Positions 36,677-51,486 of a DNA stretch of 64,000 bases are shown here, piece after piece (position 1 is the stretch's first letter; the number at the start of each line of letters is the position of its first letter). The stretch lies in contig CM119271.1 in assembly GCA_051294375.1 (NCBI GenBank), positions 16,387,973-16,451,972 of the forward strand, given 5' to 3'. Below the pieces are notes generated by a model. The model was given only the letters and a program-made list of their open reading frames with translations, did no database searches and had not been told where the DNA came from. Both the position numbers and the translations under genes were made by a program. This DNA comes from Paraspadella gotoi. Lineage: Eukaryota; Animalia; Chaetognatha.

Positions 36677-37640
36677 CACGGGTGGTAGCGATGACACGAC
36701 GCAATGCTTTCCGCTCGACCGCTTCTTGTGACAAGTGAAGGGACAACGTGAACCCTTCAGAAGTTTGTGAGTCACTCTGGGAACTTCTGTCGGTATTTGG
36801 CGATCTTGGAAAATATGCAGTTTTGGCTAAGATCACAAAACTAACAACTATAGTTATATATTCCTCTTGGGCTACCAACCCTAGTTTGGGCAATGCCCAA
36901 TTGGCATAATATGGGGAATGGCCTCCATCCCTCTATTAGTCTATACAATACAGTACAGTATACATGATACTAAGTATCTATAACACAGCAAGTAACTCAG
37001 GCTTTCAGTCAAGTATGACCCAAAAAGAGCATCGCTACACAAGACTCTTTTACGATATAGTCTTTTTTTTTGAAGATTTTTAAAAATTTTTATTAATAAC
37101 AAAAACGATATTAACATAATTGAAAACAAAACTAGTAACAGATCAATAACAGCGTAAAAAGACTGGAACACAGTATACAAATAAAAACTATACTGATAAA
37201 AATATAACATAAAAACTAACATCATAAAGGTAACACATTACTAAAATGGTAAAAATTGTCCCTAACAAATTCAAAAGAAATGTTTAAAAACGTTAACGAT
37301 ATAAGTATCAAAATATTGAAATGATAAAAATCTTCAAAAACATTAAAAACAAAAACATTATGTAAAAAGGTAAAAACAAAAGAAAACAAAAACGTTAGCA
37401 AAACGTTAAAAGTGTAAAACAAAACAAAACAAAACGTTTTTTACCCAAAAATAATGTATAATGTATAATTATAATAATATAATAATGTATGAGTATAAGT
37501 TGTTATAGTAAAGGGCAGAGGGACCACGGCTCTAATAATTAATAATAGAAATAAAAAACTACAATCAATACATATTCATAAGCCTGCAGATAAAACAAAA
37601 GGATTCTGTTCTGTAACATAGAGCAGAATACAGAAATACA

Positions 37641-38330
37641 TTAGCTCCCTTCGCCCTTCCTAATGTTGACAATGGTCGAGCTTTCCAAAATGGTCAACTT
37701 TGTCTTAATACCTCTAAAAACATCAGAAAAAGTTGCTTTTATCAAATCACCTTGACCTACCCACATTCCTAAGATCGTTGCCATATCTTTCCAGGCCAGA
37801 CCACAGAAATCCTTAATTTTATTCTTCCAAGGCCCTAACAACAACCCCACTGACTTACCCCCGTTAACCTTTGACCCCGCTGCCCTTTCATAACGAACTG
37901 CCTTATCCATAAACCTCTCTACCGATGCCTCAGACCCCAGTAAACCTTGGGTGTCATCGACGTAGACTCCTACCTTTCTTTCAGCCTAATCTCAATTCCC
38001 TCTATCATTCTATCCTTCCTTATAAAATTAGCAAAAACCTCAGCCACTAAAATATATAGCGGCATAGAAGGAGAATCACCCTGTCTCAATCCCCTGTCAA
38101 CCATTATCTCATCAGACTAATATTAACTAATATTACCTAATATTCTGCTAGTTACCTTATTATAAAATGACCTTACCCAACTAATTAAATTATTCCCAAA
38201 ACCATATTTCTTTAAAGTCTTTAAAACCATTTCTCAAGATCCAGAAAAACTAAAGCTCCTACAACGTCATGAATTCTACAATAATCAATGACATCCTGTA
38301 TTATATGCAAAACATCTGATATTTTTCTCC
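37641..38330 (-). pseudogene. L1/Tx1-clade LINE reverse transcriptase fragment
   Basis: GLRQGDSPSMPLYILVAEVFANFIRKD, VYVDDT, YERAAGSKVNGGKS, LKKYGFGNNLISWV; contains frameshifts. Confidence 0.85.
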
Positions 38331-38627
38331 CTTGCTAAGAAAATTACTGTAACAAGGGCATTTTTCGAAAACGCATTTAACCTTATTAAATACCTGCTAA
38401 TTATTGCTAATCTGCTTCGCCCTTACGCCAAAAATACAATCGCTACATCTTTCTATGTCAAAAGTAATTCAAGTGCATTTCGACTTAGAATCTTCGTCTG
38501 GTTTAAATTTATAGACAAAAAAATAGACAAAAATCGTCAATGAGTCGGTACACTACAATATGCAAATGATATTTAAGATTTAAAAACGTTTTTCCCAAGA
38601 TTTAAAAAAAAATTGATTTGATTTCGT

Positions 38628-38930
38628 AATGCAATCACGAGATATTATCACCAGGTGATATCACCAGATGCTATCACCAGATACAATCTTGAGATGCTAT
38701 CACGAGATGGTATCATGAGATACAAACAAAAGATGCAATAACGAGATGTGATCACAATATGCTATCACGAGATGCTACCACAAGTTACTCTCTTGAGATG
38801 ATAATAAGATGTTATCATGAGATTCTATCACAAGATGCTATCACGAGATGTAATGACGCGATGCAATCACGAGATGCTATCATGATATGCAATCACGAGA
38901 TACAAACACAAGATACAAACACGATCATCT
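38628..38930. repeat. Degenerate 13-bp tandem repeat (atcacgagatgct)
   Basis: Visible directly. Confidence 0.75.
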
Positions 38931-39014
38931 CATCGAGTTTTGTCTTCATCCGTGACTAAAAATAGAACACGTTTCATGAAAAACGAATCAATTGTTTGGA
39001 AAATATTTTTGTTC

Positions 39015-39163
<149 letters not shown>

Positions 39164-39236
39164 GGAATGCCTGGCGAATATTGTAAAGCGAACAGACGTA
39201 ATTTGGAGAATAAGAAGAATTGGAGAGATTGATTTC

Positions 39237-39519
39237 CGGGCATGATTTTCACTAAGCGCCCAATTTCATCTTAAATTTGAAATTGCTCTTAATTTCTGAG
39301 TTCAAAAATTAGGTGAAAGGTCAGGGTCAGGGATCATAAGGGATTAGGTTAAGGATTAGGGTTACAAATAGGTTAGGGATTAGGATTAAAATTAAGGATT
39401 AGGTTAGGGATTAGGGCTTGAGATTACGTTTTGGGTTTTGAACAAAATTAAGGTTAAATATTAAAAATAAAATTAAGGATTAAGGAACATAAATGGGTCG
39501 CTTGTGGAAAAGAGAGCCG
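39237..39519. mobile_element. MITE-like element with (TTAGGGA/TTAAGGA)-type core
   Basis: Imperfect inverted ends ttttcactaagcgcccaattt / aaatgggtcgcttgtggaaaa. Confidence 0.5.
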
Positions 39520-40132
39520 AGTAACGGCAGTGAAACGGTAATAAGATGTCCGTAACCGGTCTCTCTCTCTCTCTCTTCTCATCTCTCTTCTCTCTACTCT
39601 CTCTCTTCTCTCTCTCCCGTTAAAGATTCCTGGAAATTTGTTTTCAATTAAAACAGAAAATTAAATTTGTTGAATTATGAAGAAGAAGAGAAAACAGACA
39701 GGTAGACGTATTAAAAATGGGTGGAGCGGTGAGAGGTAGGAAATAAGAGGTTGTAGGAAAAAAGTAAGGGGAGGAAAGGGTAGGAAGTAAGAGATAGGAA
39801 AGAAGTAAAAAAAAGGGGGAAAGGGTATTAAAGAGGGATAAAACAGGGCGGTAGTCCTACCGTCTTCCCAAAAATCAGCGGGCGGGCAAAAAGTGGTGTG
39901 ATCGTATGGGAACCAACAGGGCGACTGAGCCGGTGGTTTAAATTCGAATCGTCCCCACCTTTCACTTAAGCGGTTTGTGAAGAGGGCAGGTGAGGTGGGG
40001 AAGTGAAAGAAAAAAAGGTAAGCAATGTTGTACCCTCTCTGTATTTTATTTTAAAAGATCCGCGGGGGAGGAGAAAAAAGATAAATAAAAAAAGAGAGAA
40101 AGCCCTTAAACTTTCAGACTCTCTGTCTCTCT

Positions 40133-40171
<39 letters not shown>

Positions 40172-42036
40172 CTGAGAGGGTTAATCAAATTAATCACTTC
40201 AAAAACCGTCTGGTCTCTTTAAAAGTGGCGAACTNNNNNNNNNNNNNNNNNNNNNNNNNNNNNNNNNNNNNNNNNNNNNNNNNNNNNNNNNNNNNNNNNN
40301 NNNNNNNNNNNNNNNNNNNNNNNNNNNNNNNNNNNNNNNNNNNNNNNNNNNNNNNNNNNNNNNNNNNNNNNNNNNNNNNNNNNNNNNNNNNNNNNNNNNN
40401 NNNNNNNNNNNNNNNNNNNNNNNNNNNNNNNNNNNNNNNNNNNNNNNNNNNNNNNNNNNNNNNNNNNNNNNNNNNNNNNNNNNNNNNNNNNNNNNNNNNN
40501 NNNNNNNNNNNNNNNNNNNNNNNNNNNNNNNNNNNNNNNNNNNNNNNNNNNNNNNNNNNNNNNNNNNNNNNNNNNNNNNNNNNNNNNNNNNNNNNNNNNN
40601 NNNNNNNNNNNNNNNNNNNNNNNNNNNNNNNNNNNNNNNNNNNNNNNNNNNNNNNNNNNNNNNNNNNNNNNNNNNNNNNNNNNNNNNNNNNNNNNNNNNN
40701 NNNNNNNNNNNNNNNNNNNNNNNNNNNNNNNNNNNNNNNNNNNNNNNNNNNNNNNNNNNNNNNNNNNNNNNNNNNNNNNNNNNNNNNNNNNNNNNNNNNN
40801 NNNNNNNNNNNNNNNNNNNNNNNNNNNNNNNNNNNNNNNNNNNNNNNNNNNNNNNNNNNNNNNNNNNNNNNNNNNNNNNNNNNNNNNNNNNNNNNNNNNN
40901 NNNNNNNNNNNNNNNNNNNNNNNNNNNNNNNNNNNNNNNNNNNNNNNNNNNNNNNNNNNNNNNNNNNNNNNNNNNNNNNNNNNNNNNNNNNNNNNNNNNN
41001 NNNNNNNNNNNNNNNNNNNNNNNNNNNNNNNNNNNNNNNNNNNNNNNNNNNNNNNNNNNNNNNNNNNNNNNNNNNNNNNNNNNNNNNNNNNNNNNNNNNN
41101 NNNNNNNNNNNNNNNNNNNNNNNNNNNNNNNNNNNNNNNNNNNNNNNNNNNNNNNNNNNNNNNNNNNNNNNNNNNNNCCTTCTCTTCATATTTCTTCTCT
41201 TAATGAGGAAGCAAAATCCTTGGAATTTTAAAACAAGAGTGGGAATTCCCTCTGGGGGAAATTCGAGGGCTGGTGGAGAGAGAAGTGAGGGAGGGGGAGA
41301 GAGAGAGAAGAAAGAGAAGAGAGAGAGAGAGAGGAGAGAGATGAGAGAGGAGACGACGAGAGAGAGCGGAGAGAGAGAGAGAGAGAGAGATTCATTTATG
41401 ATTACGTCATTTACAATCACAAGAAGAAACGATACGAACGAACGACGAACACAATCAGACGAACGAACGAACGAACGAACAAACGAACGAACGAACGAGA
41501 CGAAACGTAATTAACAAACTAACAAAGGAAAAGAAAAAAAAACAAAGAAAGAAAAGAAGAAAGGAAATAAGAAAGGAAGGAATAAATAAACAAAAAAAGA
41601 AGGAATGAGTTTTGCCTCAAGAGAAAAAACGGAAGCATCAACCGAAATCTTTTGAGAGACTCGATTTACGGTCAGAAAAAAACTAATTAGATTTGACTAT
41701 TAAATAGACTACATATATCCATTTATCAATGGCTATTAAAGTGACTGCAGACCCGAAATTTATGATGAGCTCTAGAAATATTTGAAATTAAAAAAAAAAG
41801 AAAAAAATCAAATTTAAAATTACTTTCCCCATTAAGTATCCAATTATCAAAAGTAAGACTCATCAAACATGATGTTATCCCTATTATACATTAATAATAT
41901 TAATTTCGAAAGAATCTCTCTCTCTCTCTCTCTCTCTCCCTGTCACTCTCTCTCCCTAACAATCGAAATGTTTGTCCTTCAATGAAAATTAAAAAAAAAA
42001 AGAGAAAAAAANNNNNNNNNNNNNNNNNNNNNNNNN

Positions 42037-42865
42037 CCTTCTCTTCATATTTCTTCTCTTAATGAGGAAGCAAAATCCTTGGAATTTTAAAACAAGAGTG
42101 GGAATTCCCTCTGGGGGAAATTCGAGGGCTGGTGGAGAGAGAAGTGAGGGAGGGGGAGAGAGAGAGAAGAAAGAGAAGAGAGAGAGAGAGAGGAGAGAGA
42201 TGAGAGAGGAGACGACGAGAGAGAGCGGAGAGAGAGAGAGAGAGAGAGATTCATTTATGATTACGTCATTTACAATCACAAGAAGAAACGATACGAACGA
42301 ACGACGAACACAATCAGACGAACGAACGAACGAACGAACAAACGAACGAACGAACGAGACGAAACGTAATTAACAAACTAACAAAGGAAAAGAAAAAAAA
42401 CAAGAAAGAAAAAGAAGAAAGAATAAGAGAGGAATAAATAAACCAAAAAAGAAGAATGAGTTTGCCTCAAGAGAAAAAAACGGTGGAAGCATCAACCGAA
42501 ATCTTTTGAGAGACTCGATTTACGGTCAGAAAAAAACTAATTAGATTTGCTATTTAAATAGACTACATATATCCATTTATCAATGGCTATTAAGTGACTG
42601 CAGACCCGAAACTTTATGATGAGCCTTAGAAATATGTTGAAATTAAAAAAAAAGAAAAAAAATCAAATTTAAAATTACTTTCCCATTAAGCTATCCAATT
42701 AGTCAAAAGTTAAGACTCATCAACATGATGTTATCCCTATTATCATTAATAATATTAATTCGAAAGAATCTCTTCTCTCTCTCTCTCTCCTCCCTTCACT
42801 TCTCTCCCTAACATCGGAAAGTTTGTCCTTCAATGAAAATTAAAAAAAAAAAGGAGAAAAAAAAA
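42037..42865. other. Tandem duplicate of 41178-42011 across a 25-N gap (assembly artefact)
   Basis: Identical start cttctcttcatattt, followed by indel noise. Confidence 0.85.
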
Positions 42866-43709
42866 ATTTTGGTTCTTTCCACTACTTTTTACAACCTACA
42901 TTTTCCTCCTCCTCCTCTTCTTCTCTTCCGCTCCTCTTCTCCTTCTTTCTCTTCGCCTCCTCCTCCTCTTTCTCTTCCGCCTCTCCTCTCTCTTCCTCCG
43001 CCTCCTCCTCCTCCTCCTCCTCTTCTCGTTCCGCCTCCTCTCCTCCTCCTCCTCCTCCTCCACCTCTTCTCTTTCTCTTCGCCGCCTCCTCCTCCTCCTC
43101 TTCTCTTTCTGCCTCTCCTCCTCCTCCTCCTCTTCTCTTCCCCCGTAGAAAACGTTTCCTTGATTAACTTCCTTCGCTTAAATCTTCGCCGCTTTTATCA
43201 ACAACAAAAACAACAACAACGCCAACAACAAAAATTACATCAACAACAATGACAACAACAACAACGAAAACAACGACGACAACAACGACAACATCCTTCC
43301 CCTGAATTATTCTTCCAAGGAATATCCCAAGAAGGTGGTCAGGTGGTCAGGTGGTCAATGCCACCTTAGCTGTCATCAAACTTAATAACCTTCGCATATC
43401 AACATATCGCTGATCATTGCCAGCCCAGTCAGGGGAGAGACAGAGCTGATTCATTAAACGAATGGTTAATTATTAATTTATTATATTTCGTATCGCATAT
43501 CACATATCACGTGATCACGTTATTCTAATAAATATAACATTATAATAATAATATAATATAATACCAATATAATATGATATAATATAATAATAAAAATAAT
43601 AATAATAATATAATCTAATGTAATATAATATACTAATCATGCTCAACACTCATATGAGCCATGAGCTCCACTCATTTTCACTCCATTAATTTCCATTCCC
43701 CGACCCTCA

Positions 43710-43750
<41 letters not shown>

Positions 43751-44298
43751 AGGGGCCTCCGCTAATAGTTTCTTTGTTTTTTCAGTCGACGACGAAAGAC
43801 TGCGAGGGTGGGCCACTGGGTCTAGTCACAACGCTACCATCTTTCACCCCTTAACTCAATCCATTCTCTGACTACCCCCCCCCCCGAGCCCGCCCCTTCG
43901 CTTTCCCTCCCTTCGTTCGTTGGATCACGTGAAAATGTTGTATTATTTTGGGTCGTTTTTTCCGTCCCGAGGACGACTGCGGTAAGTGTAGTCGGGCATT
44001 GCCTAGGTTCACCCCGCCTAGAAGCATGACACTTTCAGTTGTGACCCGGTGGCTCACTGAGTAAAATTTTTGTAATTTTTACTTTCTTTAATTAACACCT
44101 TAACAATATCTATACCAAACTTCTGTTAGTTTGTAATCTTCATATTGTTTTTATGTTTTTTTTTGTTCTATATTGACATTTGTGACTTTTTTTTTGAGTC
44201 AGCCACTTTTTCGGGTATATACAATTTACATTTTTTTACATCTTTTTTTGTCTCTTTGAAACTTCATCTTTGTTCTGTTTGTCTGTCTCTGTCTCTCG

Positions 44299-44336
<38 letters not shown>

Positions 44337-44989
44337 CTCTCACTACTCGTCCGTGACCCAAGGGCCAAGTTGGAATCAAATATTTTCTTGGCTCATGAAA
44401 TAATTTCTTTGTCTTAACATTATTATTTAATTCTGTATCCACTTATAATAAATATTTTTTTTAAAAATTCGTGTTATGATGATTTTTAAAAACAAAAAAA
44501 TTGGCGCTAAAAAGTAAACATTAAAAAATGAATCATCAGTTTGCTTTTTCTTTATGTTGTATGGCTTTACCGCTATTTTTTTTGGCATTTTTAAGAAAGA
44601 GAAATAAAAATACAAGTGGATTTAAAAAGAAGAAAATAGAACAAAAGATAAAAGATAACAGAAAAATCCCCAAAAAGTTTAAGAAAATAAAAACGAAAAA
44701 AAGGAAAAAAAAGAAAAAAAAGGATTGTTTTTCTTCTTTTTTTTAGCTTCGACCTTCGAAACAAATTTGTTTCAAAATAAACAAACATCAAAATTTCTAC
44801 TTCTTAACAATAAACAACCCCACAAAAAATGGGACACGGTGGAAATCCCACGGGCTGGGGGGGGGCTGGGAGAGACTTCGGCCAAACTCAAACTACGAAG
44901 ATTTTAATTTCTTAAATATTTTAAGAAAAAGGAAAAAAAAGTGTGTAAATGGTTAATTGTGGCTTTTGGTGAGACTGGGGAGGTGGGAG

Positions 44990-45025
44990 AGGTGAGAGAG
45001 AGAGAGGAAGAGAGAGAGAAGAGAG

Positions 45026-45084
<59 letters not shown>

Positions 45085-48000
45085 GAGAGAGACGGTTACG
45101 GACATCTTCATTAACGTTTCACTGCGTTACTATCTCGCTCTCTTTTTCCACAAGCGAGACCGCCATTTATGTCCTTAATCCTTAATTTTATTTTTTATAT
45201 TTAAACCTTAATTTTGGTTCAAACCCAAACGTAATCTCAGGCCTATCTACCTAATCCCTTATTTAATTCCGTAATCCCTAACCTAATTTGTAACCTATGC
45301 CTTAACCTAATCCCTATGATCGCCTGACCTGACCTTTCACCTAATTTTTGACTTCAGAAATTAAGGAAATTCAAATTTAAGATGAAATTGGGCGCTTTAG
45401 TGAAAATCAATGCCCCTGGAAATCAATCTCGTCGCAATTCTTCTATTTCTCTCCCCAAAATACGCGTTCTGTTCGCCAAAGTTTACATATTCGCCAGGCA
45501 TTCCCCATTCCTTTCTCTCCTCTTCTGTCTCTTTCCTCGCTCTCTCTCTCTCTTCTCTTCTCATCTCATCTCATCTTCTCTCTCTCTCTCTTTCTCTCCT
45601 TCGTCTGCTCTTCTCCCTCTACTTTTCTCTCATCATTGAAACAAAACAATGATTTTTCCAAATAATTGATTCGTTTTCATGAAACGTGTTCTATTTTTAG
45701 TCACGGATGAAGAACAAAACTCGATGAGATGATCGTGTTTTGTATCTTGTGTTTGTATCTGTCGTGATTGCAATCATGATAGATCTCGTGAATTGCCATC
45801 GCGGTCATTACATCTCCGTGATAGCATCTCATCTTGTGAGTAGAATCTCATGATAACATCTTATTATCATCTAAGAGAGTAACTCGTGGTAGCATCTCGT
45901 GTAGCATTTGTGATCACATCTCGTTATTGATCTTTTTGTTTGGTATCTCATGAAACCATTCGTGATAGCACATCTCAAGATTGTATTCTGGGTGATAGCA
46001 CTTGGTGATATCACTGGTGATATATCTCGTGAATTGCATTACAATCAAAATCAATTTTTTTTTTTTTAAATCTTGAAAAACGTTTTTTAAATCTTAAATA
46101 TCATTTGCATATTGTAGTGTAAGACCCGGCGACTCATTAGATTTTTGTCTATTTTTTTGTTCTATAAATTTAAACCACGACGAAGATTCTAAGTCGATAA
46201 TGCACTTGAATTACTTTTGACATAGAGATGTAGCGATTGTTAATTTTTGGCGTAAGGGCGAAGCAGAAGCAATTAATTAGCGGTATTTAATAAGGTTAAT
46301 TGCGTTTTTCGAAAAAATGCCCTTGTTAATAATTTTCTTTCTTAGGCAAGGGCGAAAATATCAGATGTTTTGCATATAATACAGATGTCATTGATTTGTA
46401 GAATTATGACGTTGTAGAGCTTTAAGGTTTTTCTGGGAATTCTTGAGAAATGTTTTTACAAAGACTTAAAGGAAATATGGTTTTGGGATAATTTAATAGT
46501 TGGGGTAAGGTCATTTTATAATAAGGTAACTAGCAAGAATCATAGGTAATATAGTTAATATTTCTGATGAATAATGGTTGACATGGAGGGGAATTGCAGG
46601 GTGGATTTCCTTCTATGCCGCTATATATTTTATGGCTGAAGGTTTTTTGCTAATTTTATAAGGAAGGATAGATGATAGAGGGAATTGAATTAGCTGAGAG
46701 AAAGGTAGGAGTCTAACGTCGATGACACCCTAAGATTTACTGGGTCTGAGGCATCGGTAGAGAGGTTTAGGATAAAGGCAGTTCGTTATGAAAGGGCAGC
46801 CGGGGTCAAAGGTTAACGGGGGGTAAGTCAGTGGGGTTGTTGTTAGGGCCTTGGAAGAATAAAATTCAGGATTTCTGTGGTTGGCCTGGAAAGCATATGG
46901 GCAAGCGAATGTTTAGACATGTGGGGTAGGTCAAGGTGATTTTGATAAAAGCACTTTTTCTGATGTTTTTTAGAGTATTAAGACAAAGTTTGACATTTGG
47001 AAAGCCTCGACCATTGTCAACTCATTGAAGGGCGAAGGGAGCTAATGTATTTCTGTATTCTGCTCTTATGTTAGCAGAAAGAATCCTTTTGGTTTATTTC
47101 TGCAGGCTTATGAATATGTATTGATTGTAGGTTTTTTATTTCTAATTATTATTATTAGAGCCGTGGTCCCTCTGCCCGCTTTACTATAACAACTTATACT
47201 CATACATTATTATATTATTATAATTATACATTATACATTATTTTTGGGGTAAAGACAACGTTTTGTTTTGTTTTGTTTTAACACTTTTAATCGGTTTTGC
47301 TAACGTTTTTTGTTTTCTTTCTTTGTTTTACTTTTTATCAATAATGTTTTTGTTTTTTAATGTTTTTGAAATGATTTTTATCATTTCAATATTTGATACT
47401 TATATCTTAACGTTTTAAACATTTCTTTTGAATTTGTAGGGACATTTTTACCATTTTAGTAATGTGTTTTACCTTTATGGATGTTAGTTTTATTAATATT
47501 TTTATCAGTATAGTTTTATTTGTATACTGTGTTCCAGCTCTTTTTACGCTGTTAATTGATCTGTACCTAGTTTGTGTTTCAATTATGTTTAATCATCGTT
47601 TTTGTTATGTAAATCTAAAAATTTTATAAAAATCTCTTCAAAAAAAAAGACTATATCGTAAAAAAGTCTTGTGTAGCGAGCTCTTTTTTGGGTCATACTT
47701 GCTGAAACCTGAAGTTACTTGCGTGTTATAAGATACTTAGTTATCATGTATACTGTACTGTATTGTATAGACAATCGAGGGATTGGAGGCCATTCCCATA
47801 TTACAATGCATTGGGGCATTGCCAAAACTAGGGTTGGTAGCCCAAGAGGAATATATAACTATTATTGTTAGTTTTTGTGATTTAGCCAAAACTGCATATT
47901 TTCCAAAGATCCGCCAAATACCGCAGAAGTTCCCAGAGTGAGCTCACAAACTTCTGAAGGGTTCAACGTTTGTCACCTTCACTGTCACAAGAAGCGGTCG

Positions 48001-48756
48001 AGCGGAAAGCATTGCGTCGTGTCCATCGCTACCACCCGTGGGTGTCTCCTCTCTCTTCTCTCTTCTCTTCTTCAGATCTCTCTCATCTCTCTCTTATCTC
48101 TCTCTCTCTCTCTCTCTCTCCTCGTTTAAACGGCTGCGTTTTTTTTTAACGTAGATCGGTACAGGTTTATCTTCACTTTAAGATCAAATTATTTTTTTAA
48201 AATTAAATTTTTTTTAATTCTCGTGAATCACGAAATTTAAGACAAATTCGGAAGGAAAAGTTTGCGGTATTTGACTCCCCGGTTTTTGTGTCTTATGAAA
48301 GAAAGCGAATAAAATAAAGAAATTTGAATAAAAGAATTAAAGGAAAATAAAATAAAAAAAGAATTTAGACAAATAATCACAAATAAAATGGAGATTACTT
48401 CCTTCCCCGGAAATGTTTCGTCGTCTGTCGTCGTCGTCTTCGTCGTCGTCTTCTTATATGACTTTCGGGGATTCCTTCTTTCTCAAAAAATTGATCTACT
48501 CTGTCTCCCTTGCATCGCCGCCCCGCTTTCACGATCCCGACAATGAAGAATTTGAGTCACTTTTTTTATTCAATATCTGGATCACCTGTGATCGTGAAAT
48601 TTAACCGGAAAGACTTAACCAACTTGTATTCCAAATATCAAGTTGTAAAGTATCTATTAATTTATCTGCTTTTGAAATAACAAAACAATAAAATAATAAT
48701 AATAATAATAATAATAATGATATAATAATAATATTAATAATAATAATAATATATTT
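44990..48756. other. Error-rich inverted duplicate of about 35960-39600
   Basis: Collinear reverse complement including the LINE fragment; starts in (GA)n and ends at a 25-N gap. Confidence 0.85.
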
Positions 48757-48781
48757 NNNNNNNNNNNNNNNNNNNNNNNNN

Positions 48782-49756
48782 AAATGAGCCTCCAGGTTTT
48801 CCTTAAGTTCAGCTTTAAGTGCTCGGATATTTAGGGATCATCAGAAATTATAACTTCAAAAGGCATCAATGGCTGGGGGTGGTGTCTGAGACAAACCCCC
48901 TGTGCGTTTTTGCAGGTTTTTTTCGGTTTTAAGAAAGAAAATCTGACTTGCAAGTAGACTAGTTATGTAAATCCGAAATTTTATTTCTATATAAATTAAC
49001 TAAGAGTTGCGGAAGGCGACCGAAAGAGAGACGGAGAGAGAAAAAAGAGAGAGGAGAAAAAGAGAGAGAAGAGAAGATAGAGAGAGAAGAGAGAAGAAGA
49101 GAGAGAGAATAAGAGATTGCGTAGACTATCAGGCCGCTGCTCGTTTTTGACTAATCAGAGAGAAATGAGAGAGAAGAACGAGAACGAGAGAGAGAGAGAG
49201 AGAAATGAGAGAGGAGAGAAGACACAGAACAGACGAGCAGAGAAAAAAAAAAAAAACAAAACGGAAGAGAAGAGACGAGAGACAGGAGAGAAGACGAGAG
49301 AGAGATTCGAAACTTTAAGCCTCTGCTTTTGGAATAATCATAGAGAAAGAAAGAAAGAGATAGAAAAAAGAGAGAGACGAGAGAAAGAGAGAAAAATCAA
49401 AATAAATGATCAGCCTCCCCAAGAAACTCATATGGTGCGAGAACAAAGATAGCAGAACGAATCATTGATGCGATGATACACCAATAATGAGGCCTATATA
49501 ACCCAAAATGCTCGATTTTTATGATTACCAATGATTTGCGAATTACAATCCCCCCTCTTTTCTCCGTCCGTGGTTGGAGAAAATTCAATACAACATTTTG
49601 GTAATCATAAAATCGATCATTTGGTTATCATCGCATCAATTATTGGTTATCATCGCATTACAATATTCGGTATCAATCGCCATCAATCATTTGGTTATCC
49701 TCGCACAACTATGTTGGTTATCAATGAAGGGAGGCTCGATCCTATTCTTTTAAGAT

Positions 49757-49787
<31 letters not shown>

Positions 49788-49864
49788 TTTTTCTCTCTCT
49801 TTCTCTCTTTCTTTCTCTTATGAATTATTCCAAAAGCAGAGCTTTAAAGTTTCGAATCTCTCTC

Positions 49865-49899
<35 letters not shown>

Positions 49900-50377
49900 T
49901 TTTTTTTTTTTTTTTTTCTCTCTCTCTCTCTTTCTCTCCTCTCATCTTTCTCCTCTCTCTCTCTCTCTCTCTTCTCTCTCTCCTTTCTCTTTCTGATTAG
50001 TCAAAAACGATCAGCGGCTGACTAGTTTACCCATTCTCTTATTCTCTCTCTCTCTCTTTCTCTCTCTCTCTATCTCTCTCTCTCCTCTTTTTTCTCTCTC
50101 TCTTTTTTCTCTCTCTCTCTCTTTTCGTCGCTTCTCGCAACTATCTTAGTTAACTTTATATAGAAAATAAAAATTTCGGATTTACATATAACTTGTCTAC
50201 TTGCAAAGTCAGATTTCTTTTAAAAGAAAACCGCAAAAAAACCGCAAACAGGGGGTTATGTTCTCAACACCACCCCAGCAATTGAATGCCTTTTGAAAGT
50301 TTAACTTTCGATGATCCCTGCAAAGCTATTCCCGACAACTTAAAGCTGAACTTAAGGAAAATCCTGGAGGCTCATTT
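48782..50377. other. Fold-back palindrome centred on a probable SMRTbell adapter remnant
   Basis: Arms are noisy reverse complements of each other; centre 49548-49584 reads atcccccctcttttctccgtccgtggttggagaaaat. Confidence 0.75.
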
Positions 50378-50932
50378 CATTCTTAAATCACTTCTGCCAA
50401 CTTAATGCCCACTGTATTTTCAACTTTCATTCTACAAATTAATACAAAAAATAATATGTCAAAAGAAACCTTAGCGAAAGAGCTGCTTGATTGATTTATT
50501 AAAAATATATAGTTCTTTAATAAAAATTAGTTTAATTTCTGGACGTGATATATGTTGTTGGTAACCCCAAACCAGCAATCAAAAAATTCAATTTTTGCAT
50601 CGCAAAGACCGCCCATGAAAATAACTAATTCCGTACTAAGAAAAAAAACGAAAAGTAACTGGTTAAATAAGATACAATGTGCAAAGGAATTGCATAAGAC
50701 AAAGCTCATCTGCGTCAAACAATCAAATAAGTAAAATCGTAAAGATGAACAGACTATCACGGGTAAGGGCAACAAAAATAACAAAACATGTGTGGGGGGG
50801 GGCTGGGAGAGACTTCGTGCCAAACTCAAACTACGAAGATTTTAATTTCTTAAATATTTTAAGAAAAAGGAAAAAAAAGTAGTGTAATGGTTAAATTGTG
50901 GCTTTTGGTGAGACAGAGGGGAGAGGTAGGAG

Positions 50933-50978
<46 letters not shown>

Positions 50979-51256
50979 AGAGAGAAGAGAGAGAGATGGT
51001 AAGAAACATTTGGGTCCAAAATACCGACTTTAAACATTTAGGTCAGTCTCCTCGATCCCCTTTACCCTCTTCTCCCTCTCTCCATCTTTCTACTCTTTCT
51101 CTCTCTCTCTCTCACATTTTATCTCTCTCTTCCTCTCTCCATCTTTCTCTTTCTCTCTCTTCTTTCTCTTTCCCTCTCTCCATCCTTTCTACTCTTTCTC
51201 TCTCTCTCTCTCATATCTCTCTCTCTCTTTCTCTCTCTCCATCTTTCTACTTCTCT

Positions 51257-51296
<40 letters not shown>

Positions 51297-51486
51297 CTTT
51301 GCTATCTACTCTCTCTTTTTCTCTCTTTCTTCTCCAGACAAAAAGTCTCAGGGATCAAAAATATTCAACCTTTCGTCTTGACGGTTTTTGTCGGTTTTGA
51401 CTTTTACCGACAATTTTTTTTTATTTTCCATTGTCGCATTTTTCTCTGATCCGGAATTTCGTCCTCTTAAGCCGAGATTAGTATTT

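Noticed and set aside
38470-38502. Hammerhead-like cagacgaagattctaagtcgaaatgcac on the minus strand
   Set aside because: Core deviates (CAGACGA), no inverted partner, and stems are weak.
40003-41514. 503-aa and 408-aa ORFs
   Set aside because: Artefacts of reading through an N gap of about 940 nt.
42833-43760. Pro/Leu/Gln-rich ORF and (GCC)n tract
   Set aside because: Trinucleotide microsatellites (CCT, CAA, GCC) with no domain signal or splice support.
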